Origin: Ascoidea asiatica JCM 7603
Lineage: Eukaryota; Fungi; Ascomycota
Length of the DNA stretch: 64,000 nt
Reading direction: 5' to 3'
Assembly (NCBI GenBank): GCA_001600695.1
Contig: BCKQ01000015.1
Coordinates: 1 to 64,000, forward strand
Shown one piece after another: positions 1 to 10,772 of the stretch (positions are counted from its first letter, which is position 1; every line of letters begins with the position of its first letter). Made by a program: the position numbers and the translations under genes. A model generated the notes under the pieces. It worked only from the letters and a program-made list of their open reading frames with translations. It did not search any database and was not told where the DNA came from.

Positions 1-79
1 ATCCAACATCAACTGTCATCCAACATCAACTGTCATCCAACATCAACTGTCATCCAACATCAACTGTCATCCAAACATC
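1..79. repeat. 17-bp tandem repeat (ATCCAACATCAACTGTC)x4 plus a degenerate partial copy, cut by the window start
   Basis: Four identical units at 1-17, 18-34, 35-51 and 52-68, then ATCCAAACATC. Confidence 0.95.
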
Positions 80-116
80 TCCGCTGCATATACTTTTTGT
101 TCCGTGTCACTGTTTC

Positions 117-123
117 TGACTCA
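117..123 (+). promoter_or_regulatory. Gcn4/AP-1-type site TGACTCA upstream of ILV3
   Basis: Perfect TGACTCA about 230 bp upstream of an amino-acid biosynthesis gene. Gcn4 control of such genes is established in yeasts. Confidence 0.55.
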
Positions 124-349
124 TTCATCGATAAGGAACGCTGCATCTGAACTTCTCCTCGATTTGCTTTTAAAGCATTTCCTCCGTCATCGCCGTCAAA
201 TCAAAACTCATCTGCACTCGAAAAATTTCACTCTTTAAAACCTCAAATAACTACCATCTTTATTGAAAAATTTCTGTTTTTCATTTTATTTATTTCTGAA
301 TTTATCTTTTTTTGTCATTTTAAATTTTTTATTTCCAATTCCAATAAAA

Positions 350-2119
350 ATGTCAAAAACTGCTACATTTTTTAAAACGAGCCTTAGGCAATTTTCTCAC
401 TATTCAAGTATTAGAAATGGACAGTCTGCTATAAAGTTAAATAAATATAGTTCAATTGTTACTCAGCCTAAAGATCAAGGTGCTTCTCAGGCAATGCTTT
501 ATGCTACTGGTTTTACTGAAGAAGATATGAGTAAGGCTCAAGTAGCTATTGGTTCGGTTTGGTGGAGTGGTAATCCATGTAATAATCATTTATTACATTT
601 CAATTTCAGATGTAAAAATTCCATTGAAAAGTCTGGCTTGAAAGGTATGCAGTTTAATACCATTGGTGTTTCTGATGGTATATCCATGGGTACTAAAGGT
701 ATGAGATATTCTTTACAATCAAGAGAAATCATAGCAGATTCTTCAGAAACTATAATTAATGCTCAACATTATGATGCTTTCGTTGCAATACCTTCATGTG
801 ATAAAAATATCCCTGGTATGTTAATAGCAATGGCAAGAGTAAATAGACCTTCGATATTAGTATATGGTGGTACCATAAATCCTGGTTGTGGTGATTTACC
901 TGGTAATGAAAAGATTGATATTGTATCTGCTTTTCAATCATATGGTCAATATATCGGTAAACAAATATCTGAAGAAAATAGATCTGATATTGTAAGACAT
1001 GCATGTCCAGGTTCTGGCTCTTGTGGTGGTATGTATACTGCAAATACAATGGCAAGTGCTTCCGAAGTTATGGGTTTATCATTACCTGGTTCTTCTTCTT
1101 CACCTGCAACTTCAAATGAAAAACTAATTGAATGTGATAATATTGGAGAAGCAATCAAGAATTTATTGCAAATTGATTTGAAACCAAGAGATATTTTAAA
1201 TAAAAAAGCTTTTGAAAATGCAATTTCTTATATAATTGCAACTGGTGGTTCAACTAATGCCGTTTTACATTTAATTGCAATTGCTAAATCAGCTGAAATT
1301 GATTTAACTATTGATGATTTCCAACATATATCAGATAAAACACCATTCTTAGGAAATTTTAAACCTTCAGGTAAATATGTTATGGCAGATTTACAAACTA
1401 TTGGTGGTACACCTGCTGTAATGAAATATTTAATGAATGAAGGTTTGATAGATGGAAGTTTAATAACAGTTACAGGTAAAACTATTAAAGAAAATTTGGA
1501 AAAAGTTAAAGATTTTCCAAAAGGTCAAGATATGATTTACCCTGTTAGTAATCCTATTAAACCAAATGGACATTTACAAATTTTATATGGTTCATTAGCT
1601 CCAAAAGGTGCAGTTGCAAAAATCACTGGTAAAGAAGGTACTTATTTCAAGGGTAAAGCAAAAGTCTACGAAGAAGAAGATGCATTTATTCATGCTCTAG
1701 AAAAAGGTGAAATTAAAAAGGGTGAAAAAACAGTTGCTATAATAAGATATGAAGGACCAAAAGGTGGACCAGGTATGCCAGAGATGTTAAAACCATCTTC
1801 AGCATTGATGGGATATGGATTGGGTAAAGATGTAGCTTTATTAACAGACGGTAGATTCTCTGGTGGATCCCATGGGTTTTTAATTGGTCATATTGTTCCA
1901 GAAGCTGCTGTTGGAGGTCCAATTGCATTAGTACGTAATGGTGATACTATTGTTATTGATAGTGATAATAACAAACTTGATTTACTTATAAGTGAAGAAG
2001 AAATGGCTGAGAGAAAGAAAAGTTGGAAAGCTCCAAAACCTAGATATCAAAGTGGTACTTTACTGAAATATTCAAAACTTGTCTCTGATGCTTCTTTAGG
2101 ATGTGTCACTGATTTATGA
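350..2119 (+). CDS. ILV3: Mitochondrial dihydroxy-acid dehydratase
   Basis: Motifs [43 protein letters not shown] and TDGRFSGG. The start is set at ATG 350 (AAAA context, basic presequence [16 protein letters not shown]) rather than the track's TTG at 263. Confidence 0.97.
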   Translation: MSKTATFFKTSLRQFSHYSSIRNGQSAIKLNKYSSIVTQPKDQGASQAMLYATGFTEEDMSKAQVAIGSVWWSGNPCNNHLLHFNFRCKNSIEKSGLKGMQFNTIGVSDGISMGTKGMRYSLQSREIIADSSETIINAQHYDAFVAIPSCDKNIPGMLIAMARVNRPSILVYGGTINPGCGDLPGNEKIDIVSAFQSYGQYIGKQISEENRSDIVRHACPGSGSCGGMYTANTMASASEVMGLSLPGSSSSPATSNEKLIECDNIGEAIKNLLQIDLKPRDILNKKAFENAISYIIATGGSTNAVLHLIAIAKSAEIDLTIDDFQHISDKTPFLGNFKPSGKYVMADLQTIGGTPAVMKYLMNEGLIDGSLITVTGKTIKENLEKVKDFPKGQDMIYPVSNPIKPNGHLQILYGSLAPKGAVAKITGKEGTYFKGKAKVYEEEDAFIHALEKGEIKKGEKTVAIIRYEGPKGGPGMPEMLKPSSALMGYGLGKDVALLTDGRFSGGSHGFLIGHIVPEAAVGGPIALVRNGDTIVIDSDNNKLDLLISEEEMAERKKSWKAPKPRYQSGTLLKYSKLVSDASLGCVTDL

Positions 2120-2370
2120 TTCAATATTGAATGCCTTATTATTGAATTATGAGCATAAAGAAAACATTTGGCATAATAGAATTGTAAATATGAATATGAA
2201 TATGAATAGAAATATAAAATAAAATAAAATAAAATAAAATGAATAATTATTTTCATTTGTAAGAACTATTAAATAATTGCATTCGATATTTTTTCAAAAC
2301 TTATTTTATTGAGGTTAACACCTTGAAAAGGTGATAGGTTCAGAACCGATTTAATTTAGGACAGACTTAA

Positions 2371-2378
2371 CCGGGTAA
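2371..2378 (-). promoter_or_regulatory. Reb1-type site (TTACCCGG) upstream of INA22
   Basis: CCGGGTAA on +. The same motif recurs at 12494-12501 and 25077-25084, and as TTACCCGC at 62401, always intergenic. Confidence 0.55.
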
Positions 2379-2579
2379 TATTATTGCGTTATTGTTTTTT
2401 GGTTTTTAATTAATATTATCCTCAGTGGTTAAAAACTGATTAAATTTCAAAAGAATTTTAATATTCATTGAAAAATTAATAACTTCTAGTACTATCTTTT
2501 ACTGAAAAAAGAGATAATACTTTATTTTAAGAAAAATTCCTAATTTTGAGTTATTATTGAATCTAAAAAAATTTAAGCA

Positions 2580-3332
2580 ATGCTCCAAAATAGATTAATG
2601 AATATATTCAGTGGAACTAAAAATATTAAAAAGTTTAATTCTTCTAGTTTTACACCTAAATATTTAAAGAGAAATAATTTAACTTTTTATTTTAATTCTA
2701 AGCTTTATTCAACTAATGTTTCTAATAAAAAAAAAACCTTTATCAATAGGGCTTATATTTATTCAACAGTTTTAATTGTTTTATTTGGATCTCAGTTAAT
2801 CAGTTTGATGCGAATAAAGAAAAAAGATGAAGACTTTACACTAAAATATAACTTGAAGATGAATATATTAAAGGAAATAATTAATGATATCGAAAATAAT
2901 AACAAATATGTAGATATTGAAGATAAATTGAAGATTGTAAATAGGATTTTCGAAAGATTCGAATCAGATGGGAATAAAAAGGGTGAAACAAACATTCGTG
3001 AGTCAGAAAAGACGATTTCAAATAAAATTAACAGCAAAAAATTAGAAGATGAATTTGATTTTAAGTTTTATTTAGAAAATCTAGAATCTAAATTACTAGA
3101 TATTTCCAAGTCAGATTTGAATTTAGATATAATATCAGATTCCAAATTAAATAAAAGTTCAAAGGAAGAAAAAATAATTGAAAAAACTATACCTAAGAAT
3201 ATTTCAAACAAAAGTTTTCCAAAGTCAGACTTGAAGAACACCAAAGAAGCTAGTATTTTAGCTAATCCACTCCCAAATGAAATCTCATCTGAGGAGTTTG
3301 TAACTAAAAAAATGGAAAAGAAATTTCTATAG
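2580..3332 (+). CDS. INA22: Mitochondrial inner-membrane assembly complex subunit Ina22-like
   Basis: Basic presequence, one TM (VLIVLFGS), then KYNLKMNILKEII...NNKYVDIEDKLKIVN and C-terminal KFL. This resembles the recalled Ina22 pattern LLVMIFGS...KYKLKLDKLKELI...ELKLVN...KFL. Confidence 0.7.
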   Translation: MLQNRLMNIFSGTKNIKKFNSSSFTPKYLKRNNLTFYFNSKLYSTNVSNKKKTFINRAYIYSTVLIVLFGSQLISLMRIKKKDEDFTLKYNLKMNILKEIINDIENNNKYVDIEDKLKIVNRIFERFESDGNKKGETNIRESEKTISNKINSKKLEDEFDFKFYLENLESKLLDISKSDLNLDIISDSKLNKSSKEEKIIEKTIPKNISNKSFPKSDLKNTKEASILANPLPNEISSEEFVTKKMEKKFL

Positions 3333-4032
3333 ACTCGTTAATATACAATGTGCTACCTTTTGTTTCATATATTATCGCCAATAAAAGTTTTTTTGATATT
3401 CTTATAGTTGACATTTGGCCACTTTTGCTAAGTAATTCCAGTTATCGTTTTTGTTGTTGTCGCTGTTGTTTTTGCAATTCCCTTAAATAAAATAATTACT
3501 AGCCAGATTGAGCTTGACGCCATTACTTCGGAGGTCCTTCTTTTGTGTTTCTGCTGTTTCTGCTGTGTTTGATGCGCGAAGGTTCAACTAATCGCTACAC
3601 GCCCATCCTCTTTTCTGGGGTTTGCATCGCGACACAAAATCGTCAAATGCTGCTTCTCTTCGTGGATTTGCTGAATTGATCAAAGGAAACTCCTCAAAAA
3701 TTCCTTCTGAGATTTGAGATTAGGAATCATCTTAACTTTAAAAAATTGCTTTGATTTTATATTTTTCAAAGAGGAGTTTTATAACCTTTATCAATTCATT
3801 GAATTTATCACTCAAAGCAAATTTAATTAGAAATTCATTTTGAGATTGCAATCATTATTATGGTAATTTATTTTCAGCTTTTTTATTTTTTAAACTATAA
3901 AGGAAATTTTAATTAAATCAGGTTTAAATTTCCCAAACCTTCAATTTTCAGCCAAAATACAAATTAGCTATATATAAGTCGACTTTTAAAAAAGAAAGTT
4001 CATTTTTCTTATCCTTAGCTTATCATCTCAAC

Positions 4033-6293
4033 ATGGAATTTTTAGCTTCCTCAAGTCAAGTAAACAATTTTAAATCTCAAAGAGATGTTGCTTTAGACTC
4101 AAATAGTCATTACTCTAGTTACTATATAAACCATTGCATAAGATATCCAAGCCCTTTAAATAATGATGAAGAAAGTTATAGTAATAATACAAACACTGTC
4201 AGAATTAATATCAAAACAATTACACCAAATACAAATACAAGTACAGATAGTGAAAATGATTTGAGCAATGACAGAAGTTTTGATTTTAAAACTAAAAATT
4301 TAAACAAATCTGTTAGATTACATAAATTATCAAAGTCTATTAGAAATTTGTTTTTATTTCAAAGAAATAAAGCAAACAAAAACTCCAATTTTAATTCTAA
4401 ATCTAAATCCAAATTTAAGTCAATTTCAAAATCTAATATTGAAGATAATGCTCTGTCTAAGGATATTTTTAGTAATAAAAAGTTTAATGGAGAGTATATA
4501 AATGATGGAAGACTTTTTGATACCAATGAAACTTTCATCAAAGATTTTAACAAAGATGAATCTTTAACTCCAATTAATGATTTTGTAGATGCAAAATGTT
4601 CAGCTAAAATAACTGATGATGAAGAACTAAATAGCGGATCAACATTATTATCACTTAAAAAAGAGTTCAATAAAACTGAAAGATCAATCAAAAGATTTTT
4701 TAATAGTTGTAGGTTCAAGAAGAATAAAGAATTTACCGACTATATATCCAAAGATGGAAAAAAAAATGAAAATAAAAATGAAAATATTAATTCTTCTAAT
4801 CATTCACATTCCCATGCTCATTTAAGTGATTTATTCAAAAAACATCAAACTTCTGAGAAAATAGATGAATACACTGATAATAGTAATAGTAGTAGTAATA
4901 GTTACGATGATTTTACTACAAATAGTGATATGACTAGCGACAACAATTCAGGTTTCAAAACAATGATGAGAAGAAAAAATTCGATAGCTTCAATCGCACA
5001 CTCAATTATATCTAAAAGAACTAATAGTGATAATAATAATAAGATAAATAATGAAAGGAAAAATGTATTTGAAAATGATAAAGAAGAATCTCAAATTAAT
5101 TTTGATGATACATTAACATCGAAATATTTAGGTAATAATGGCAGTTTATTATCCGAGGATATGAATAATACACCTTTTGATTTAAGCTTAAATATTTTGG
5201 AAAATGATGATAAAAACAGTAAAAGTACATTGAAAAGAATTGGAAAGAAAATTAGTTGGTTATTTACGAAAAAAGATGGTTTTGAAAATGAAAATGGAAA
5301 TGAAAATGAAAATGGAAATGGAAATGGAAATGGAAATGAAAATAAAAATAAAACTGGTAATAAAATTACATACCAAGATAAATTGCTTGAATCAAATAAT
5401 TTTATAGTAGATAAAGATGAAATCAATAGGGAATCTAGTGATAATGAAAATATTGATAAAATTGAAGAGAGTAAAGAAAATGAAAAAAGTGAAAAAAGAT
5501 CATTGGTTTATTCAATGATTTCATCATCTACAAGAAAAAAAGATGAAGATAAAGATGAAGATGATGAGTATAATGGATGTAATTTTAACATAAAGTGTAA
5601 GGATAGTAAAGAATATAATAAAGATTACAAAAAAATTGTAAATGAAAAAAAAGAAAATAATAAAACTAGAGATTCAAAAAGAAGTAACGATAATAATAAT
5701 GATGATGATAAAGCTTATGATAAAGCTTATGATAACCATAAAAAGAATATTAAAGAGGTAAGTAAAGATAATTACGAGGAAAATGAAAATAAATATGGAG
5801 ATGAAGATGAAGATGAAGATGAAGATGGAATTACTTTTAATGTTAAAAGAAAATTTAGTAATCTAGGAAATAGAAAACATAGTGGATATTATTATTCTCC
5901 AAAGAAGCAAAAAAGAAATAATATTAAAAATAATAATAATAATATTAAATTTGATAATGATTTCAATAATCATTTTAAGGATGAAAATGAATATGAAGAT
6001 GATGGATATGAGGATGAATATGAGGATAAATTTAAATATTTGGATAGTATTTCATTGAAAAAATGTAAAACAGAAATTGAAGATTATGAATGGAATAATG
6101 ATAATCGAACAGTAATTGTAAATGGAAATAAATATGAAAATAAATATGAAAATAGATATGAAAATAGATATGAAAATAAAAATGGAAATGAGATAGGGAA
6201 TATTAACGATGAAAATAAATTTGATAATGAATATTATTATGAGGATAAATATGTAAAAGAGAATAATAATTATATCAATAAAACATTTGAGAA

Positions 6294-6331
<38 letters not shown>

Positions 6332-6510
6332 GTGTAAATGTAAATATTGATAAAGATAAGAATAAATCATTTAGTCGAAGTGATTGTCATAATAGTGTTT
6401 TTATTGGGGGTAATTTAAAAGAAAAAAATTATAATAGTAAAGATATTGATATTGATATTGAAACAAAGATTAGAGAATTTGAAGTATTTGCCAATACATA
6501 TGGAAGATGA
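4033..6510 (+). CDS. Hypothetical 825-aa low-complexity N/D/E/K-rich protein
   Basis: 2.5-kb stop-free ORF in AT-rich DNA with ATG start and an upstream TATATATAA near 3969. No recognisable domain. Confidence 0.75.
5284..5346 (+). repeat. (GAAAAT/GGAAAT)n hexamer repeat encoding EN/GN dipeptides
   Basis: Read directly from the sequence. Confidence 0.85.
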
Positions 6511-6944
6511 ATGAAAATTAGTTTTAAAAAAATGATATTAACAAAACTTTATTAATTAACTAATTTATTAATTTAATTTGATTTCATAAATATTTATTTA
6601 GCTTTATTCAATTCAAATAAACACTCTATTGCAAAAATACAAAAATACAAAAAGCTGTATGAAGTGGAGCTCCAGTAGTTCATTGTAAAATAGTAACCTT
6701 AGATTACGGTCAGTTTGAAATCTAGGTCCGTCGTCATTTTAAATGCGATTTAGATCAATAATGAATTGAAGTCAATTGAATTTTATCATTTAAACCAACA
6801 GGAAAAACTTCAGAACAAAATAATCAAGAACTGAATTTCAATTTTATTAAATAAGAAGAATTAAAATTATAACTTAACAAGCAACAGAAGAGTGAATAAT
6901 AAAGACAATAAAAAACTTTGGAATTGCAAAAACCTGAATCCAAT

Positions 6945-7244
6945 ATGGAAATTATAATCAAAGTGAGTTACTTTGGACCAGTAAAGAAATACACTGGAAA
7001 CATCAAAGAAGAAGTAATCACAGCAACTGCAGCTGCTGAAGAAGGTGAAGCAAATGCTATTTCGTTAAGAAAATTGATAGAAATGATGGGCAAGAAATAT
7101 GGAGTGGAAATGAAGGAATATGTGCTTGGACACTGCTGGGTGGCGTTGGACGAGGAGTACGTCGACAAGCTCGGAAGCCAGATGGAGCTGCCGTTGGGGC
7201 GCGACTGTGAGGTGGCCATCATTCCGCCGGTGTCCTCCGGGTGA
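6945..7244 (+). CDS. MOCS2A: Molybdopterin synthase small (sulfur-carrier) subunit, MoaD/MOCS2A/CnxG family
   Basis: 99 aa, IKVSYFG at the N-terminus and EVAIIPPVSSG at the C-terminus (fungal CnxG-type ending, not the Urm1 STLHGG). ATG at 6945. Confidence 0.88.
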   Translation: MEIIIKVSYFGPVKKYTGNIKEEVITATAAAEEGEANAISLRKLIEMMGKKYGVEMKEYVLGHCWVALDEEYVDKLGSQMELPLGRDCEVAIIPPVSSG

Positions 7245-7849
7245 GCTGCAGCAGCAGCAGCAGCAGAAGCAACAGAAGCAACAGCAGAAATAAAGACCAT
7301 CATCACAAAGACCTTCCATCTCAAGCCTCAGTAGAAAGATCATCAAAGTACTTCCATGGTCAGACCCATTGCACTGGTATTGTACTGATATTGCATTGCT
7401 AGTACCCTCACTGCTGGTACTACCGCTGTGCTGGTTGGTACCACTGAAGTGGGTCGTTGCTTGGTGTGAGGTAAAAATTTCTGAATGCAGTTCTGGAATA
7501 TTACAAAAGAGAAAAGAGCAGAAACAAACAAACAAATAAATAAATAAATAAACATACTTTTGTTTTAGCAATTTGCTTAAAATCACCATCATTTCACTCA
7601 AATATTTTTATCAATTCTGTTGTTTCTGCTGTTTCTGCTGTTTTTCCTGTCTTTGCCGTTGTTACTTATTTCATAATCTTACTTTATTCTTGTTTTCGCT
7701 CTTATTTCTTTTATTCTCACTGTTTTCCGCTTTATTGTTCCATTTCCCGCTATACATCTGTTTACAATTCCTCTTAACTATTACATCCCCCGTTATTTAT
7801 ATTAATATCTGTATTAATATAAATATTAAATATTTCATTTATTTAAAAA

Positions 7850-9238
7850 ATGGCTTCTAAATCAAAATTGAAGTTAAAATCAAAATCAAGATCAAGATCA
7901 AATTCAGATTCAATTACAACATCTGATTCAAATTCAAATTCAAATTCAAATTCTAATTCAAATCCAAAGGCAAATTCAAATCCATCTAATTCTAATGATT
8001 CTAATTTAAAATCAAACTTATTAGTCGATCCAAATTATATTGGTAGAAAATATAAAAATCATAATTTTGCAATTAATAGACAAAAAGAAATTTTGGATTT
8101 ATTTGAATCAAAAATATTTAGATCTGATACTTTAAATTCAGAAATTGGTATTCCTATTTTTGCTTTAAATGCTTGTCAAAAATGTAGAAGATTAAAAAGA
8201 AAATGTACAAAAAATAAACCATTTTGTTTAAATTGTTTTAAAACAAATCATGAATGTGTTTATATAGAAAAATTTATTGAAAAAAATTCAAATGGTTTAA
8301 ATACTGAAACTTTTATTACTTCTTCAAGTGCAAATTATGTTGATGATATAAATTCTTTAGATACAACTTATAATAATAATTCTCTTATTAAAAATAATAA
8401 TAATAACAAGAATAATAACAATAATAATAACAATAACAATAATCATGACATTGATCAGAATCAAAGAACCAAAAGGCATAAATCAAATTATACAAATAAT
8501 AATATTATTACTAATGCTAATAATGTTAATAATCATAATAATATAATTGATGAAAATTTTAATAATAATCAAAATTTTGAAGCAATATTTAATAATACTA
8601 TGGCAAGTGCAATAAATTCAAATTCAAATGATTTCAATTTTAAAAAAAAATCAATTCAATCAATTAATAATTTTAATAATATTAATAATATTAATCAAAT
8701 TAATCAGATTGATAAATTCATTTCAAAAAATAATTCTGTAATTGATATAAATTTAATTAATTCATTAAATGTTCAACAAACTGCTTCTTTAGCTTTAGCT
8801 AATTTAAATAATCATAATCTTAATCTTAATCTTAATCTTAATAATGATGATGATGATTTTAATGATCTTCATGATCTTAATGATATTCAACCTAATCATC
8901 TTCAAAACGATCAAAATAATAATCATGATCAAGATCAGAATGATTCTGATAATATTCATATTAATAGTAGTAACAATGATAATAATAATGATAATGAAAA
9001 TGATAATGAGAATGACACTAATGATATGCATTCATTAAGTCAATTACAACATCTTCTACAACAAGATATTCAAAATCATAATGATCAATTGAATAATAAT
9101 GATAATAACGATACTATTGATAACATTGATAACATTGATAATAATGATAGTATTGATAATAATGCTATTTTACATTTAGAAAATAAAAAAATTGACTCAA
9201 ATTCAATAGATCCTCAATTATTTAATGAATCAATATAA
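7850..9238 (+). CDS. Zn(II)2Cys6 binuclear-cluster protein with long Asn-rich tail
   Basis: ACQKCRRLKRKCTKNKPFCLNCFKTNHECVY matches CX2CX6CX6CX2CX6C. Confidence 0.88.
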   Translation: MASKSKLKLKSKSRSRSNSDSITTSDSNSNSNSNSNSNPKANSNPSNSNDSNLKSNLLVDPNYIGRKYKNHNFAINRQKEILDLFESKIFRSDTLNSEIGIPIFALNACQKCRRLKRKCTKNKPFCLNCFKTNHECVYIEKFIEKNSNGLNTETFITSSSANYVDDINSLDTTYNNNSLIKNNNNNKNNNNNNNNNNNHDIDQNQRTKRHKSNYTNNNIITNANNVNNHNNIIDENFNNNQNFEAIFNNTMASAINSNSNDFNFKKKSIQSINNFNNINNINQINQIDKFISKNNSVIDINLINSLNVQQTASLALANLNNHNLNLNLNLNNDDDDFNDLHDLNDIQPNHLQNDQNNNHDQDQNDSDNIHINSSNNDNNNDNENDNENDTNDMHSLSQLQHLLQQDIQNHNDQLNNNDNNDTIDNIDNIDNNDSIDNNAILHLENKKIDSNSIDPQLFNESI

Positions 9239-9559
9239 TTATTCAATTATTTAATTATTTGTATATTTTACAATTAAAAAGTTCAATAAATAGTTTTTGC
9301 TTTTATATTTTTGTCTCACCTTTTCATTTTCCTCTTCTTCCTATTTTTTTACTTTAGTTTTATGTATAATTTTTCCTTTAATATAATAATGGTAAATTAT
9401 ATTGAATTCGACTCCTTTGTTTCATCATTTTTATCTATAAGTATTTTAATCTTCAATTTTGTTATAAAAGTTAAATATTAAAAGAATTTTATTCAATTAT
9501 TAAATATTTACGTTTTAAATAATTAAATAAACAATTTGTACACTATCAAAAATATAATC

Positions 9560-10258
9560 TCAAACTAATATTACTTCTTCAGTATCAATAAATTTTTTAA
9601 TTGATTTATATCTTATTGCATATATATAATTTTTTTCTAATTCAATACTTTCATCACCAATATAAACAATATTACTACCAGCTTTAATATCTTTAATAAC
9701 TTTGATAAATACCATTTTATCTAATTCTGGTTTCATAATCATTGAAATCCCACCATTTTCATCATCTAAAATTTGTAAATCTTCTGATAATTTATTTAAA
9801 AAATTCTTATTATATAAATCACATAAAATTTGAAAATGTTTTATCATATAATTAATTTCATTAGAATTTAATTTATTCATTTCTTTTGAATTATTATTTA
9901 TATATAAATTAAATTTATCAATTTTACTTAATCTAACTCTTAAATAACTTCTTATTAAAAAATTTATTCTTTCAATTTCATTCTCTATAATCAATAATTT
10001 CAATTTGATATTTTTATCATTTTTTTCTAATTCAATTGAATTTAGTTCAATAATCTCAATTTGTTTTCTTAATTTATTTAGTATCTTATTTATTAGCTCT
10101 TCATTATAATCTAATAATTCTGGAGCAGTTCTTTCATTTATCCATAATCTAACTAATTGATTAAAGTCATCTTCTTTTTCTTTTTTCAAACTACCAAAAT
10201 TCGGTCTTTTGATATTAATATCATTATCTAATTCCCTTAATATATCATCAATATCCAT
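9560..10258 (-). CDS. SLD5: GINS complex subunit Sld5
   Basis: MDIDDIL start, WINERTAPELL, EIERINFLIRSYLRVRLSKIDKF, and a C-terminal B-domain IRY motif. Confidence 0.95.
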   Translation of the reverse strand: MDIDDILRELDNDINIKRPNFGSLKKEKEDDFNQLVRLWINERTAPELLDYNEELINKILNKLRKQIEIIELNSIELEKNDKNIKLKLLIIENEIERINFLIRSYLRVRLSKIDKFNLYINNNSKEMNKLNSNEINYMIKHFQILCDLYNKNFLNKLSEDLQILDDENGGISMIMKPELDKMVFIKVIKDIKAGSNIVYIGDESIELEKNYIYAIRYKSIKKFIDTEEVILV

Positions 10259-10436
10259 TTGATTTTGTCTTAATATTATGACTCTTTTTCAAATAAAATC
10301 AATCCCAAGTGTCAGTGATTCACAATAAAATCATAGATCCAGAAAAATTTAAATCATCAAAACAATTGAATAGCTAAAGTTGTCTTAAATTTTAGCTGTG
10401 GTTTCGTATCAATGATGAATAAGGAATAAAAAAAAG

Positions 10437-10442
10437 ACGCGT
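10437..10442. promoter_or_regulatory. MCB element (ACGCGT) upstream of SLD5
   Basis: Perfect MluI box about 180 bp upstream of a DNA-replication gene. Confidence 0.6.
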
Positions 10443-10772
10443 AAAAACAGTTGAATATCTAGAAGTACCAACCAGATGGGCCTTATTATCACCTGACTTA
10501 AGTTAACTATAAAGTTTAGGTTCAGCATTTGGCAAAATTTAGGTCTGTAGAATTAAGGTTTAGATGATGAAAGAACGCTTTGATTCCAGAAAGTTTCCGT
10601 AATCCGCGGGCATTACGGAAAATTAATAAAAAAACCGATGATGCTACTTGATTCTCAATGAAATTAAAGCTTTAATGAGTTATTGAATATGAGTGACTAT
10701 GAACAAGAATTGGCTATAAATGCCATTATTGGTATATAATCTATATAATATATACAGTAGAATTATTTAAAT

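Noticed and set aside
7245-7850. Possible bicistronic MOCS2B downstream of MOCS2A, as in animals
   Set aside because: No MoaE-like reading frame follows on the + strand.
6968-7860. Overlapping ORFs 6968-7324(-), 7065-7601(-), 7343-7555(-) and 7573-7860(+)
   Set aside because: They are by-products of the GC island and trinucleotide repeats (poly-C/A/F), with no family motifs.
10412-10496. C/D snoRNA-like ATGATGA...CTGA
   Set aside because: No terminal stem and no rRNA complementarity I could recognise. It overlaps the SLD5 MCB promoter region.
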